From assembly GCA_964354405.1 (NCBI GenBank), contig CAYGZP010000002.1, positions 5,061-69,060 of the forward strand: DNA of 64,000 nt, written 5' to 3'. How positions within the stretch are numbered: the stretch's first letter is position 1; every line of letters begins with the position of its first letter. This stretch comes from Candidatus Woesearchaeota archaeon (GTDB lineage: Archaea; Nanobdellota; Nanobdellia; Pacearchaeales; UBA284). This document shows, piece after piece, positions 48,008 to 55,471 of the stretch. A program made the position numbers and the translations under genes. The notes under the pieces are model-generated. The model worked only from the letters and a program-made list of their open reading frames with translations. It was not told the origin of the DNA and did not search any database.

Positions 48008-48373
48008 ATGTTCAAAAATAAAGCCCGCCCAAACAAACCAAAGTTCCAAGGCTTCGGCCAGGGCGCTCCAGGGGCGCAGCAAGAGGTTATTAGGGTTCCT
48101 CTACCAAGGGGAAATCAAGTTCTAGGAATCTTGGAACAAAGGTTGGGCGCGAATCACATGTTGATAAAATGCTTGGATGGAAAGGCTCGCAATTGCAGAG
48201 TTCCAGGAAGATTGCGAAGAAAGTTATGGTTAAGAGAGGGCGATGTAGTTTTAGTTGAGCCATGGGAGATTGGCGGGGAAGAAAAAGGTGATATCTTGAT
48301 TAAATACCACCCTGCCCAAGTCGAATGGCTTAAGAGAAAAGGCATGCTTAAGACAGCAGAGCTTGAGTTTTGA
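48008..48373 (+). CDS. eif1a: translation initiation factor aIF1A
   Basis: S1-like OB 'VLGILEQRLGANHMLIKCLDGKARNCRVPGRLRRKLWLREGDVVLVEPW'. Confidence 0.9.
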   Translation: MFKNKARPNKPKFQGFGQGAPGAQQEVIRVPLPRGNQVLGILEQRLGANHMLIKCLDGKARNCRVPGRLRRKLWLREGDVVLVEPWEIGGEEKGDILIKYHPAQVEWLKRKGMLKTAELEF

Positions 48374-48397
48374 TAAGAGAAAAGGTTTCTTAAAAAA

Positions 48398-48883
48398 ATG
48401 GAAGGCTATCTTACTTATTGTTATTGCGATCAGGATTCTGAAAAGTTCGAGAGAGGATGGGTAAAGGATGAAGGAAATCTTTGGCAAAAAACTGACCCAA
48501 ACTTCCAAGAAAGAACTTATTCAGAATGTCATTTAAAGCTCAGGGAAAAAATCCAGATAGGCGATTATTTGTTCTTCAGGACAAACTGGAGAAGGGCGCC
48601 TTATATTATCGGTTATTTTTTAATAGGCGATAAGAAAAAACAAGAAGAGTTCGAAGGCCCTCGGTTAATTGCTAAAGAGCGCCTTTGCATCGATTTTAAC
48701 TTTCAAATAGATGCAGAACTTTTAACATTCTTGAGCCCCAGGTTAAAGATGGCCCCGAAACCAGAAAAAATGTCATGGGCGCAATATGTTAATAACACTT
48801 TGGGCTGCAGAAAGGATATAGTCTTGAACGAAGAAAAAACCAAAAATCTTTTAAAAATTATACACTGTAATGTGTGGGCTTGA
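48398..48883 (+). CDS. hypothetical protein
   Basis: 161-aa ORF. No motif recognised. Confidence 0.35.
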   Translation: MEGYLTYCYCDQDSEKFERGWVKDEGNLWQKTDPNFQERTYSECHLKLREKIQIGDYLFFRTNWRRAPYIIGYFLIGDKKKQEEFEGPRLIAKERLCIDFNFQIDAELLTFLSPRLKMAPKPEKMSWAQYVNNTLGCRKDIVLNEEKTKNLLKIIHCNVWA

Positions 48884-48885
48884 AA

Positions 48886-49947
48886 ATGTATAATCTTAAA
48901 CAAAAATCAGAAAAACTTTCTCGCGCAGCATTATATAATCTTTACTGGCAAGAGAACAAAAGCATACGCAAAATCGCAGAAGAGACCGGGGTTAATGAAC
49001 ATACTATTTTACGATGGATGAGAGGATATAATATAAAAAGCAAAACTCTTAGCCAATCACAATTCCATCCTGAAAACTATCCTTCTAAAGAAGAACTAAA
49101 ACAATTATATGATAAACTGAAAAGTTTAAGAGCAGTTACTAAAGAACTAAGAATGAATAGAACCACTGTAAGAGGGCTTTATAGTAGATATAATATTTCA
49201 CTCATAGACAAAGGTAAATCTATTTCTTTTGTGCTATTGAAAGGCAAAAAAATTCCTTCTAAAGAAGAGCTTCAGGAATTAATCTCTCAAGGAAAAAGTG
49301 ATAGAAAGATAGCCAGAGACTATGACTTAGACCACACAACTATAATCCGCCTTAGAAGGAAATATAATATTGTAAAAAATTTGGGGCAAACATCGCCTTC
49401 AACTCAAGTAATCACTACAAACAACTTGCTAACAAAAAAACTAATTGAGCAGCGACAAAAAACAGCAAGAGCATCTTCAATAGAAAGTTTAACAGAAGAT
49501 GTCGTATTAGAGGAGGAAACGCAAGAAACCCCAAAAGAAGATTATGAAGGAGAGGCAGTCGCAGGCAAAGAAGGGATAGATAAAAAAGAAGAACCGCCAC
49601 AAGTCAAGGACTTTAGGGGGATACCATCTCTAAAAGGCATAAATAAAACTGCATTTTACCCCCAATTATCAAAAAAGGAATTTGTTCATTATTTAAGAGA
49701 AGTCAAAAAAAGATGCGACGATGAGTGCTTAAATTATTTTATTCGAAAAGGGAATCTTTCCTTAAGCATTATAAATGAAAAAAACAACGGTTGGGATTTT
49801 AAAAAGAAGATAGATCCTTCTGACCAAGTCTTTTTATATTATTTTGTAGGTGCATTAAAAGAAGTGGGCAACACCAAGATATTAAATTTATGGGAGAAAT
49901 TTTTAGTTTCAATTCATGGGGATCTGGACAGTTCTATCAAGCGTTAA
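48886..49947 (+). CDS. protein with three tandem helix-turn-helix repeats
   Basis: Three repeats of about 60 aa: 'LYNLYWQENKSIRKIAEETGVNEHTILRWMRGYNI', 'PSKEELKQLYDKLKSLRAVTKELRMNRTTVRGLYSRYNI' and 'PSKEELQELISQGKSDRKIARDYDLDHTTIIRLRRKYNI'. Confidence 0.5.
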   Translation: MYNLKQKSEKLSRAALYNLYWQENKSIRKIAEETGVNEHTILRWMRGYNIKSKTLSQSQFHPENYPSKEELKQLYDKLKSLRAVTKELRMNRTTVRGLYSRYNISLIDKGKSISFVLLKGKKIPSKEELQELISQGKSDRKIARDYDLDHTTIIRLRRKYNIVKNLGQTSPSTQVITTNNLLTKKLIEQRQKTARASSIESLTEDVVLEEETQETPKEDYEGEAVAGKEGIDKKEEPPQVKDFRGIPSLKGINKTAFYPQLSKKEFVHYLREVKKRCDDECLNYFIRKGNLSLSIINEKNNGWDFKKKIDPSDQVFLYYFVGALKEVGNTKILNLWEKFLVSIHGDLDSSIKR

Positions 49948-49977
49948 CTATTTAACTCACAGCTTTTTCTTTTATCT

Positions 49978-50544
49978 ATGAGAAAATTGTTTTTAATTGA
50001 GAGAGAACTCGGCAGAGTCCTCAAAAACATGCACGATATAAAGAAACTCGAAAAAAAGCTGAAGGCAGATATAAAAATCTCGAAGCAGGGCGAGATAAGT
50101 ATAAGCACCCAAGATCATTTTCAAGAGTATCTGATAGAGACTATCATCGAAGCTGTAGCTATGGGTTTCTCGTCCCATATAGCACTTCAGCTCGAAAACA
50201 CAGATTATGAGTTCAAGAAACTCAATGTTAAGACCTATACAAAAGCGCAGAATCAAGCGCGAGCAAAAGCAAGGCTGATAGGCCCGCAAGGAAAGACAAA
50301 AACAACGATTGAGGAATTAAGCGGCTGCAGCATCGCTCTGAGCGATCACACTGTAGCGATAATCGGCCATAGCAATAATGTTGAAACAGCCTCGAGAGCC
50401 ATCGAGTCTCTATTGCGGGGCTCAAAACAAGCAAACATCTTCAAATTCTTAGAAAGAAGCCAGGCAAGATTGAAAGCTCTCGAGGAAGAAAATATCGAAG
50501 AGCTCATTGAAATGCCCAAGGAAGATAAAAAGGAAAACTTATAA
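49978..50544 (+). CDS. KH-domain RNA-binding protein (archaeal Dim2/Pno1-like)
   Basis: Two KH-like modules. 'LIGPQGKTKTTIEELSGCSIALSDHTVAIIG' carries the GxxG loop. Confidence 0.6.
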   Translation: MRKLFLIERELGRVLKNMHDIKKLEKKLKADIKISKQGEISISTQDHFQEYLIETIIEAVAMGFSSHIALQLENTDYEFKKLNVKTYTKAQNQARAKARLIGPQGKTKTTIEELSGCSIALSDHTVAIIGHSNNVETASRAIESLLRGSKQANIFKFLERSQARLKALEEENIEELIEMPKEDKKENL

Positions 50545-50545
50545 A
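50539..50545 (+). promoter_or_regulatory. TATA-like box for the intron-containing tRNA
   Basis: TTATAAA centred 27 nt upstream of tRNA position 1. It overlaps the stop codon of the KH gene. Confidence 0.5.
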
Positions 50546-50602
50546 TCACTTTTTCTTTTCTCTCATATGCCCTGGTAGCTCAGTGGTAGAGCACGCGGCT
50601 GT

Positions 50603-51108
50603 AAACGGAGTTTAACATGAAGAAAGAAACAAGGACTTACAACGATAGGAGAAGATATATCATTGAAGCAGTGGCCAAGAGAAGAAAGAAAATCCGTCTA
50701 AAAGCAGTAGAACATTTGGGCGGGAAATGTATACGATGTGGATATAATAAATATCCAGAAGTGCTTGAATTTCACCATAGAGATCCTTTGAAGAAGGAGT
50801 TCAACGTTTCAAGCAAAGGCCATTGTCGAAGTTGGGAGAGAGTCCAAAAAGAAATAGAAAAATGCGATTTGTTTTGTGCAAATTGCCACAGAGAAGTTCA
50901 TGTTAAGCTAAATAAGTTAGCAGCTTCTCAAGGAAACTTGGGAATGAACAGCGAGTAAATTCAGGGAAACCCTAACGTAAAGTCGAGGGCAATCCTGAGC
51001 CAAGCCTCGAAAGAGGAAGGTGCAGAGACTAGACACTCGCCACCTAAAACTTAGAAATAAGTAATGGTGAAGGTATAGTCCTACCCTCTAAGAAATTGGA
51101 GAAGGTCG
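50603..51108 (+). mobile_element. group I intron (IC3-like core) with HNH endonuclease ORF
   Basis: P3 GCGAGT (50951-56) pairs with ACTCGC (51035-40). P4 CAGG (50962-65) pairs with CCTG (50994-97). 'GGGAAACCCTAA' and 'AATCCTGAGCCAAGCC' are present. P6 is CCTC-GAAA-GAGG (51005-16). 'GGAAGGTGCAGAGACTAGAC' contains P7 GACTA (51027-31), which pairs with TAGTC (51076-80). P8 is ACTTA-GAAA-TAAGT (51049-62). The intron ends ..TCG (terminal G at 51108) and follows a U. Confidence 0.8.
50617..50958 (+). CDS. HNH homing-endonuclease-like protein (intron-encoded)
   Basis: 'GGKCIRCGYNKYPEVLEFHHRDP...KCDLFCANCHREVH' is the CxxC...HH...N...CxxCH HNH zinc-finger layout. The stop codon lies at the P3/J3-4 boundary of the intron core. 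Confidence 0.75.
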   Translation: MKKETRTYNDRRRYIIEAVAKRRKKIRLKAVEHLGGKCIRCGYNKYPEVLEFHHRDPLKKEFNVSSKGHCRSWERVQKEIEKCDLFCANCHREVHVKLNKLAASQGNLGMNSE

Positions 51109-51246
51109 TAACCGCGGGGTCGCAAGTTCGAACCTTGCCCGGGGCGTTTTTATCTTCCCCCTTCCTTCTTTTTATATTATATTGATTGTATTTTTTCACA
51201 TAAATGTTTTTATATCTTCAAATCTTGATGTTGAAGGCTAAAGAAA

Positions 51247-51522
51247 ATGACATGCACAGTAAGTGAGGCTTTGGAAAAGATAAGAGAAAGTGTGGATAAA
51301 GAAAATCCTCGTCATGAATACAGAATCCACGATATCAACCACAAATACGGATCCTGCTGGCTTGATCGCGAGCTTGTGGAAGAAACACTTAGAAAAGATC
51401 CAGGAGTAATGATACATGAGGAAGGAAGAGCCATAGTCAGCAAACTTATAGAAATAGTAACATCGCAAGAGAATGAAGTGGAAAGTAAGTGGAAAAAATA
51501 TCTGAATGGTTCGCAAAATTAG
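51247..51522 (+). CDS. hypothetical protein
   Basis: 91-aa E/K-rich ORF. The antisense ORF 51238..51528 is F/L-rich and looks like a shadow. Confidence 0.35.
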   Translation: MTCTVSEALEKIRESVDKENPRHEYRIHDINHKYGSCWLDRELVEETLRKDPGVMIHEEGRAIVSKLIEIVTSQENEVESKWKKYLNGSQN

Positions 51523-51803
51523 CCCCACAAATCTTCAACTCGAATGATATGCCAACCGAACTGAGTTTTGATTGGCCCGATAATCTGTCCTTTCTTTGCT
51601 GAAAAAACAGCCTTTTCAAATTCTCTAACCATCTGCCCTCTTCCGAACTCGCCGAGCGAGCCTCCACGCTTTCTCGAGGGGCATTGCGAGAATTCCTGAG
51701 CGAGCTTCTCGAAGCTTTCTCCCAAATTAAGTTTGCGCAATAGTTCCTTTGCCTGTTCCTCTGTCTTTACAAGAATATGGCTTGCTTTAGCTTTGTTTGC
51801 CAT
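51519..51803 (-). CDS. parvulin-type peptidyl-prolyl cis-trans isomerase
   Basis: 'ASHILVKTEEQA', 'SQCPSRKRGGSLGEFGRGQMVREFE' and 'GPIKTQFGWHIIRVE' match the Par10/PpiC pattern. Confidence 0.85.
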   Translation of the reverse strand: MANKAKASHILVKTEEQAKELLRKLNLGESFEKLAQEFSQCPSRKRGGSLGEFGRGQMVREFEKAVFSAKKGQIIGPIKTQFGWHIIRVEDLWG

Positions 51804-51833
51804 AATTTTATATCGCTGAAGACTTTAAAAAAC

Positions 51834-51841
51834 TTTATAAA
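51834..51841 (+). promoter_or_regulatory. TATA-like box for tRNA-Ile
   Basis: TTTATAAA centred 27 nt upstream of tRNA position 1. Confidence 0.55.
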
Positions 51842-51864
51842 TTATCATCTCGTTACAGAGCTAC

Positions 51865-52029
51865 GGGCCCGTAGCTCAGCCTGGCTTAGAGCACTGCTCT
51901 GATATTGGTTACAGCCTCTTCAAGAGGTGAGGAAACTGGAGCACCTTGTGCTTCACTGTAACTATATGACAAATCGCGAGATTTGTTTCAGACAGGCAGG
52001 GGTCCTGTGTTCAAATCACAGCGGGCCCA
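51865..52029 (+). tRNA. tRNA-Ile(GAT) with 89-nt canonical-position (37/38) BHB intron (51905..51993)
   Basis: Acceptor GGGCCCG/CGGGCCC, D arm GCTC..GAGC, anticodon stem CTGCT/GGCAG, loop CTGATA|intron|A, T arm CTGTG-TTCAAAT-CACAG. Exon CTGA pairs with intron TCAG (51988-91), flanked by 3-nt bulges. Intron helix GTTACAG/CTGTAAC. Confidence 0.85.
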
Positions 52030-52078
52030 TTTTCAATAATTTCAATAAAGAGGTAAAAAAGTTAAAAGAGATGATAAA

Positions 52079-52816
52079 ATGAATGAGTTATCTCGAAAGT
52101 TCTTTATATTTGTCTCGATAATTGTAGGTGTTCTTGTCATTATGACTTCCCTCACTTTAATCTTGACCAGCACAATCACTCTTTCGACGACAAAACCCAC
52201 ACTAACAAAACAAGAAAATGCACAACAAGTTACTATCCCAGTTCCGCATGCTCCTGTTACAGGCAGCGCATCTTATGGATATGTAACCATTACAATCCTC
52301 TCCCGCTGCGCTTTTGACTTGCTTACAGGATGGAGTTTCTTCTCATTATGCGCTGACCCAGATGACAAAGACATCGATTCTGTTCTCAACAACACAGACT
52401 TTCGCTATGTCCTGAGATGGAACACAACAAGAATGGAATGGGATATTTTCTCCCCGAGAGCAACTGAAAACTCATTCGATAACTTTTCAGTAAACGAATC
52501 TTATTTCACTTTACTTTATGCTAACAAAGTTTTATCAGTGGGCGGAGATGAAAATGATGACATGAACATAACAATGATTACAGGTTGGGACGCGCCATCA
52601 TGGCCTTATGTGTTCGAAGTCAATGTCACAAAATACCTCAACGAGTCCCAACACCGTTACATGCTGAAATGGAATAAAACCGCCCAGGAATTTTTGATAT
52701 ATTCTCCGAGGGCAGCATCAAATCCATTCACAAAAATATATAAGGCAGAAGGACAAATGATGTATGCTTACATTAATCACACTTTAGTCTATAACAAAAC
52801 ATATTTACAAAGTTAA
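52079..52816 (+). CDS. secreted/membrane-anchored glycoprotein candidate
   Basis: N-terminal anchor 'FFIFVSIIVGVLVIMTSLTLILT'. Many N-x-S/T sequons. Internal duplication ('RYVLRWNTTRMEWDIFSPRA' / 'RYMLKWNKTAQEFLIYSPRA'). Confidence 0.45.
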   Translation: MNELSRKFFIFVSIIVGVLVIMTSLTLILTSTITLSTTKPTLTKQENAQQVTIPVPHAPVTGSASYGYVTITILSRCAFDLLTGWSFFSLCADPDDKDIDSVLNNTDFRYVLRWNTTRMEWDIFSPRATENSFDNFSVNESYFTLLYANKVLSVGGDENDDMNITMITGWDAPSWPYVFEVNVTKYLNESQHRYMLKWNKTAQEFLIYSPRAASNPFTKIYKAEGQMMYAYINHTLVYNKTYLQS

Positions 52817-52847
52817 AAGCATAATAAAAGTATAAAGACAAGTAAAA

Positions 52848-54629
52848 ATGAAAAAAGAGGGAATGAAAGAAGCAAGAGATGTAAGAAAAGCGATTTTGCT
52901 TGGGATACTGCTTGGAACATTGTTATTATTATTTATTCCACTAATAAAAGCAGACATTTACATGGGGACTTGTGAGGGCTATGTGAAATGGACAAATGGC
53001 ACTGTCATTCCTGGGGCAAATGTGACTGTAACAGTGATAGGATGCACATCTCCTCCTGCGAACTGCAATAAAAGTGCATTGACAGATTCAGGAGGATATT
53101 ATGTCATAGCAAATTTGAACTTGCCCCCATATGGCAATGTTACTGCGAATGCGATACTCGGCTCAAACTACGGAACAAACACCGGCCAAGCTGACGGGTA
53201 TCAGGCAGCCTATGTCAACATAACAATGTGCGAATCTCCTTCGGCAGCGACCCTGACTCCTGTAGCTGATTCACACTATCCAGACATAACTTTCTGGTTT
53301 AACTGGACTTCTGGTGCAAGTCCCTATGCAACCTTTGATCAAATGTTATGGGGAGGCTCTTGGAGCAATAAATCCTCGCCGCAGAACGATACAAACTTGG
53401 CATTCGACATTTACACATGGGGCGCAAGAACTTGCCTGAGTTCTTTGATTACATGCTGCTCTGCTCCATCATATGATGTCTTCGAGGTTTATAACACAGC
53501 TCCATGCGAGCCGATTCTGCAGGACCAGGGAGACACAAACAATAACACAGTAACTTTGAACTGGAGCGCAAACACAACAGCCCCTTGTCCCGATGCTGAC
53601 AACGATTCCATTTATTATAATTTTAAGATAGACTCAACACTTGTTTCTAATGCAACATCTCCTCAAACAGTTCCGGGATTAAGCTTTGGCCCGCACACAT
53701 GGTATGTTCAGGCCTGCGACCCTTGGGAATGCTCTGACTGGGCTTCTGATTCATTCAGTGTCACGAACGAGGCATGCGCCGAGCCCAATTTAACAGCAGA
53801 GGATAATGTCTGCAGCGGGGATGGAGGAAGCATAACATTAGAATGGGACTCAGACACAATTGACCCCGATGGTGATCCCTGCCACGACGAGTTTGTTATC
53901 AACGGAACAATCCAAGATCCCGCGACATCTCCAATTACAGTTATATTAACAGATACTTATGATTACGAATGGGCGGTGAGAAGCTGCGATAACAGTAGTG
54001 CATGTTCAGACTGGGCCAACAGCAGTTTCATCTATTGTGATTGCGAGGGAGTAGAAGGAGGAGAATGTGATGAACGCGGAGGGGGCGGCGGAGGTGGAGG
54101 AATAATAATCGGCGGCGGCTACGAACTTGTTATAGCCATGCCAAAAGAAGTCTATCCCGGCGAGAGTTTCAAAATAAAGCTAAACTTGAAGCCATTCAGC
54201 AATCTAAATAACTTGAGCATAGAAGCCTTTTCCAAAGATATCACATTCAAATCAGTTGATTACGGCGCTGTTCAATCGCGAACTGAGGCAAACATTGAGC
54301 TTAAAGGAAAAGTTTCTGACACAGCTAAATATGGCACTCGCACAATAACAATCAAGGCATATGAAAATCAAAAATTGACAATAGAAAAGCCAGTTGAGAT
54401 AAAAATTACATCTCAAGTTCCTTTGATAAGCTTGTTCACTCCAGGGGTCTCATGTTGTCTATGGTTATGGTTGTTGATATTGCTCATAATTACAGCAATA
54501 ACGATATGGCTTGGCAGAAAAGCCTATAAGAAATACAAGGAACACAAACACAACAAGGTAAGAGATAAAGAAAGTAAGGATATTCATGCTCTTCACAAGC
54601 AAAGACAAGAAACAATAAAAAAATTATAA
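52848..54629 (+). CDS. Cys-rich cell-surface glycoprotein candidate with C-terminal TM anchor
   Basis: Signal peptide. At least 15 N-x-S/T sequons by eye. Repeated modules ending 'C..W.CSDWA..SF'. A G8 run (54078-54101). C-terminal TM 'CCLWLWLLILLIITAITIWL' plus a basic tail. Confidence 0.5.
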   Translation: MKKEGMKEARDVRKAILLGILLGTLLLLFIPLIKADIYMGTCEGYVKWTNGTVIPGANVTVTVIGCTSPPANCNKSALTDSGGYYVIANLNLPPYGNVTANAILGSNYGTNTGQADGYQAAYVNITMCESPSAATLTPVADSHYPDITFWFNWTSGASPYATFDQMLWGGSWSNKSSPQNDTNLAFDIYTWGARTCLSSLITCCSAPSYDVFEVYNTAPCEPILQDQGDTNNNTVTLNWSANTTAPCPDADNDSIYYNFKIDSTLVSNATSPQTVPGLSFGPHTWYVQACDPWECSDWASDSFSVTNEACAEPNLTAEDNVCSGDGGSITLEWDSDTIDPDGDPCHDEFVINGTIQDPATSPITVILTDTYDYEWAVRSCDNSSACSDWANSSFIYCDCEGVEGGECDERGGGGGGGGIIIGGGYELVIAMPKEVYPGESFKIKLNLKPFSNLNNLSIEAFSKDITFKSVDYGAVQSRTEANIELKGKVSDTAKYGTRTITIKAYENQKLTIEKPVEIKITSQVPLISLFTPGVSCCLWLWLLILLIITAITIWLGRKAYKKYKEHKHNKVRDKESKDIHALHKQRQETIKKL

Positions 54630-54641
54630 GGCAAAAGGAGA

Positions 54642-55469
54642 ATGGTAAAGAAAAAAGTTAAGGGGAAAGCAGAGAAAAAAGATAAGCAAGATAAAAGGAA
54701 AAACAAGAATACAATTATCATTGCAATATTGATTGGCATAGCATTATTCATAATTCTCTTTATTTTTGCCTACACACAGACTGAAAAAATAATAGATGAT
54801 ATAGAACAAGAGCAGGAAAAATCAGACATTGAATTTACAGTAAAACAACCATTGGCAAACTCAACCCAAGCCATTGCATATCTGCCAGCAGTAGACGAAG
54901 AGAACAATGGAGTCATTACAACCTTGGTTGTGGAGGCTGTCAAGGGCTCTGGAAGAACTCTTGTTGATATCGATAATTTGTTGTTTTGGGGCGACACCCA
55001 ACATTCAATTCGCATCGCAAAAAATGTCGCGAAAAACATTACAGGAATCGACGCGAACAAGTATGATTTAGTTTACAACATTTATGCCAACGCAAGTGTC
55101 ATCGGAGGCGAGAGTGCAGGAGCTGCGCTAACTCTGGCTACAATCGCAGTTCTACAGAATAAATCTCTACGCGAGGATATCGTAATCACAGGAACAATCA
55201 ACCATGATGGCACAATAGGCCCTGTCTTAGCAATCCTCCCCAAAGCAAAAGCAGCTAAGGCTCATAATGCAACAATATTTCTCGTTCCTCTGCTGCAAAG
55301 CCGCGAGATAACTTACGAAACCCGCAAACACTGTGAGGATTTTGGGCCAACAGAGTTCTGCACAGAAGAGCAAGTCCCGAAGAGAGTTAATATCTCAGAA
55401 GAAGCCGGCATCGAAGTAATAGAAGTAGAAAATATCCAAGACGCCATGAAATATTTCTTTGAAAAATAA
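54642..55469 (+). CDS. membrane-anchored Lon-protease C-terminal (S16) domain protein
   Basis: N-terminal TM. 'GGESAGAALTLATIAVL' (catalytic Ser block) and 'ITGTINHDGTIGPVLAILPKAKAAK' (catalytic Lys block). Confidence 0.65.
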   Translation: MVKKKVKGKAEKKDKQDKRKNKNTIIIAILIGIALFIILFIFAYTQTEKIIDDIEQEQEKSDIEFTVKQPLANSTQAIAYLPAVDEENNGVITTLVVEAVKGSGRTLVDIDNLLFWGDTQHSIRIAKNVAKNITGIDANKYDLVYNIYANASVIGGESAGAALTLATIAVLQNKSLREDIVITGTINHDGTIGPVLAILPKAKAAKAHNATIFLVPLLQSREITYETRKHCEDFGPTEFCTEEQVPKRVNISEEAGIEVIEVENIQDAMKYFFEK

Positions 55470-55471
55470 AA

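Larger units (their letters stand above)
50569..51146 (+). tRNA. tRNA interrupted by a 506-nt group I intron; predicted mature tRNA-Asn(GTT), naive reading Tyr(GTA)
   Basis: 5' half 50569-50602: acceptor GCCCTGG, D arm GCTC-AGTGGTA-GAGC, anticodon stem CGCGG, then CTGT. 3' half 51109-51146: TAA, CCGCG, GGGTC, T arm GCAAG-TTCGAAC-CTTGC, acceptor CCGGGGC, discriminator G. G1-C72 and G73 fit Asn, not archaeal Tyr. Confidence 0.75.

Noticed and set aside
50569-51146. tRNA-Tyr(GTA) with a very long archaeal BHB intron at 37/38
   Set aside because: I could not build a bulge-helix-bulge around the implied junctions. The insert has a group I core and ends in G after a U-ending exon. The acceptor end (G1-C72, G73) contradicts archaeal Tyr identity.
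51238-51528. 96-aa minus-strand ORF opposite 51247-51522
   Set aside because: It is F/L/Y-rich and mirrors an E/K-rich plus-strand ORF. The plus-strand version is kept at low confidence.
51905-51993. C/D-box sRNA embedded in the tRNA-Ile intron (GTGAGGA as C box, CAGA/CTGG as D boxes)
   Set aside because: Every candidate box has a mismatch to RUGAUGA or CUGA. The terminal boxes are not positioned to form a kink-turn, and I found no convincing guide complementarity.
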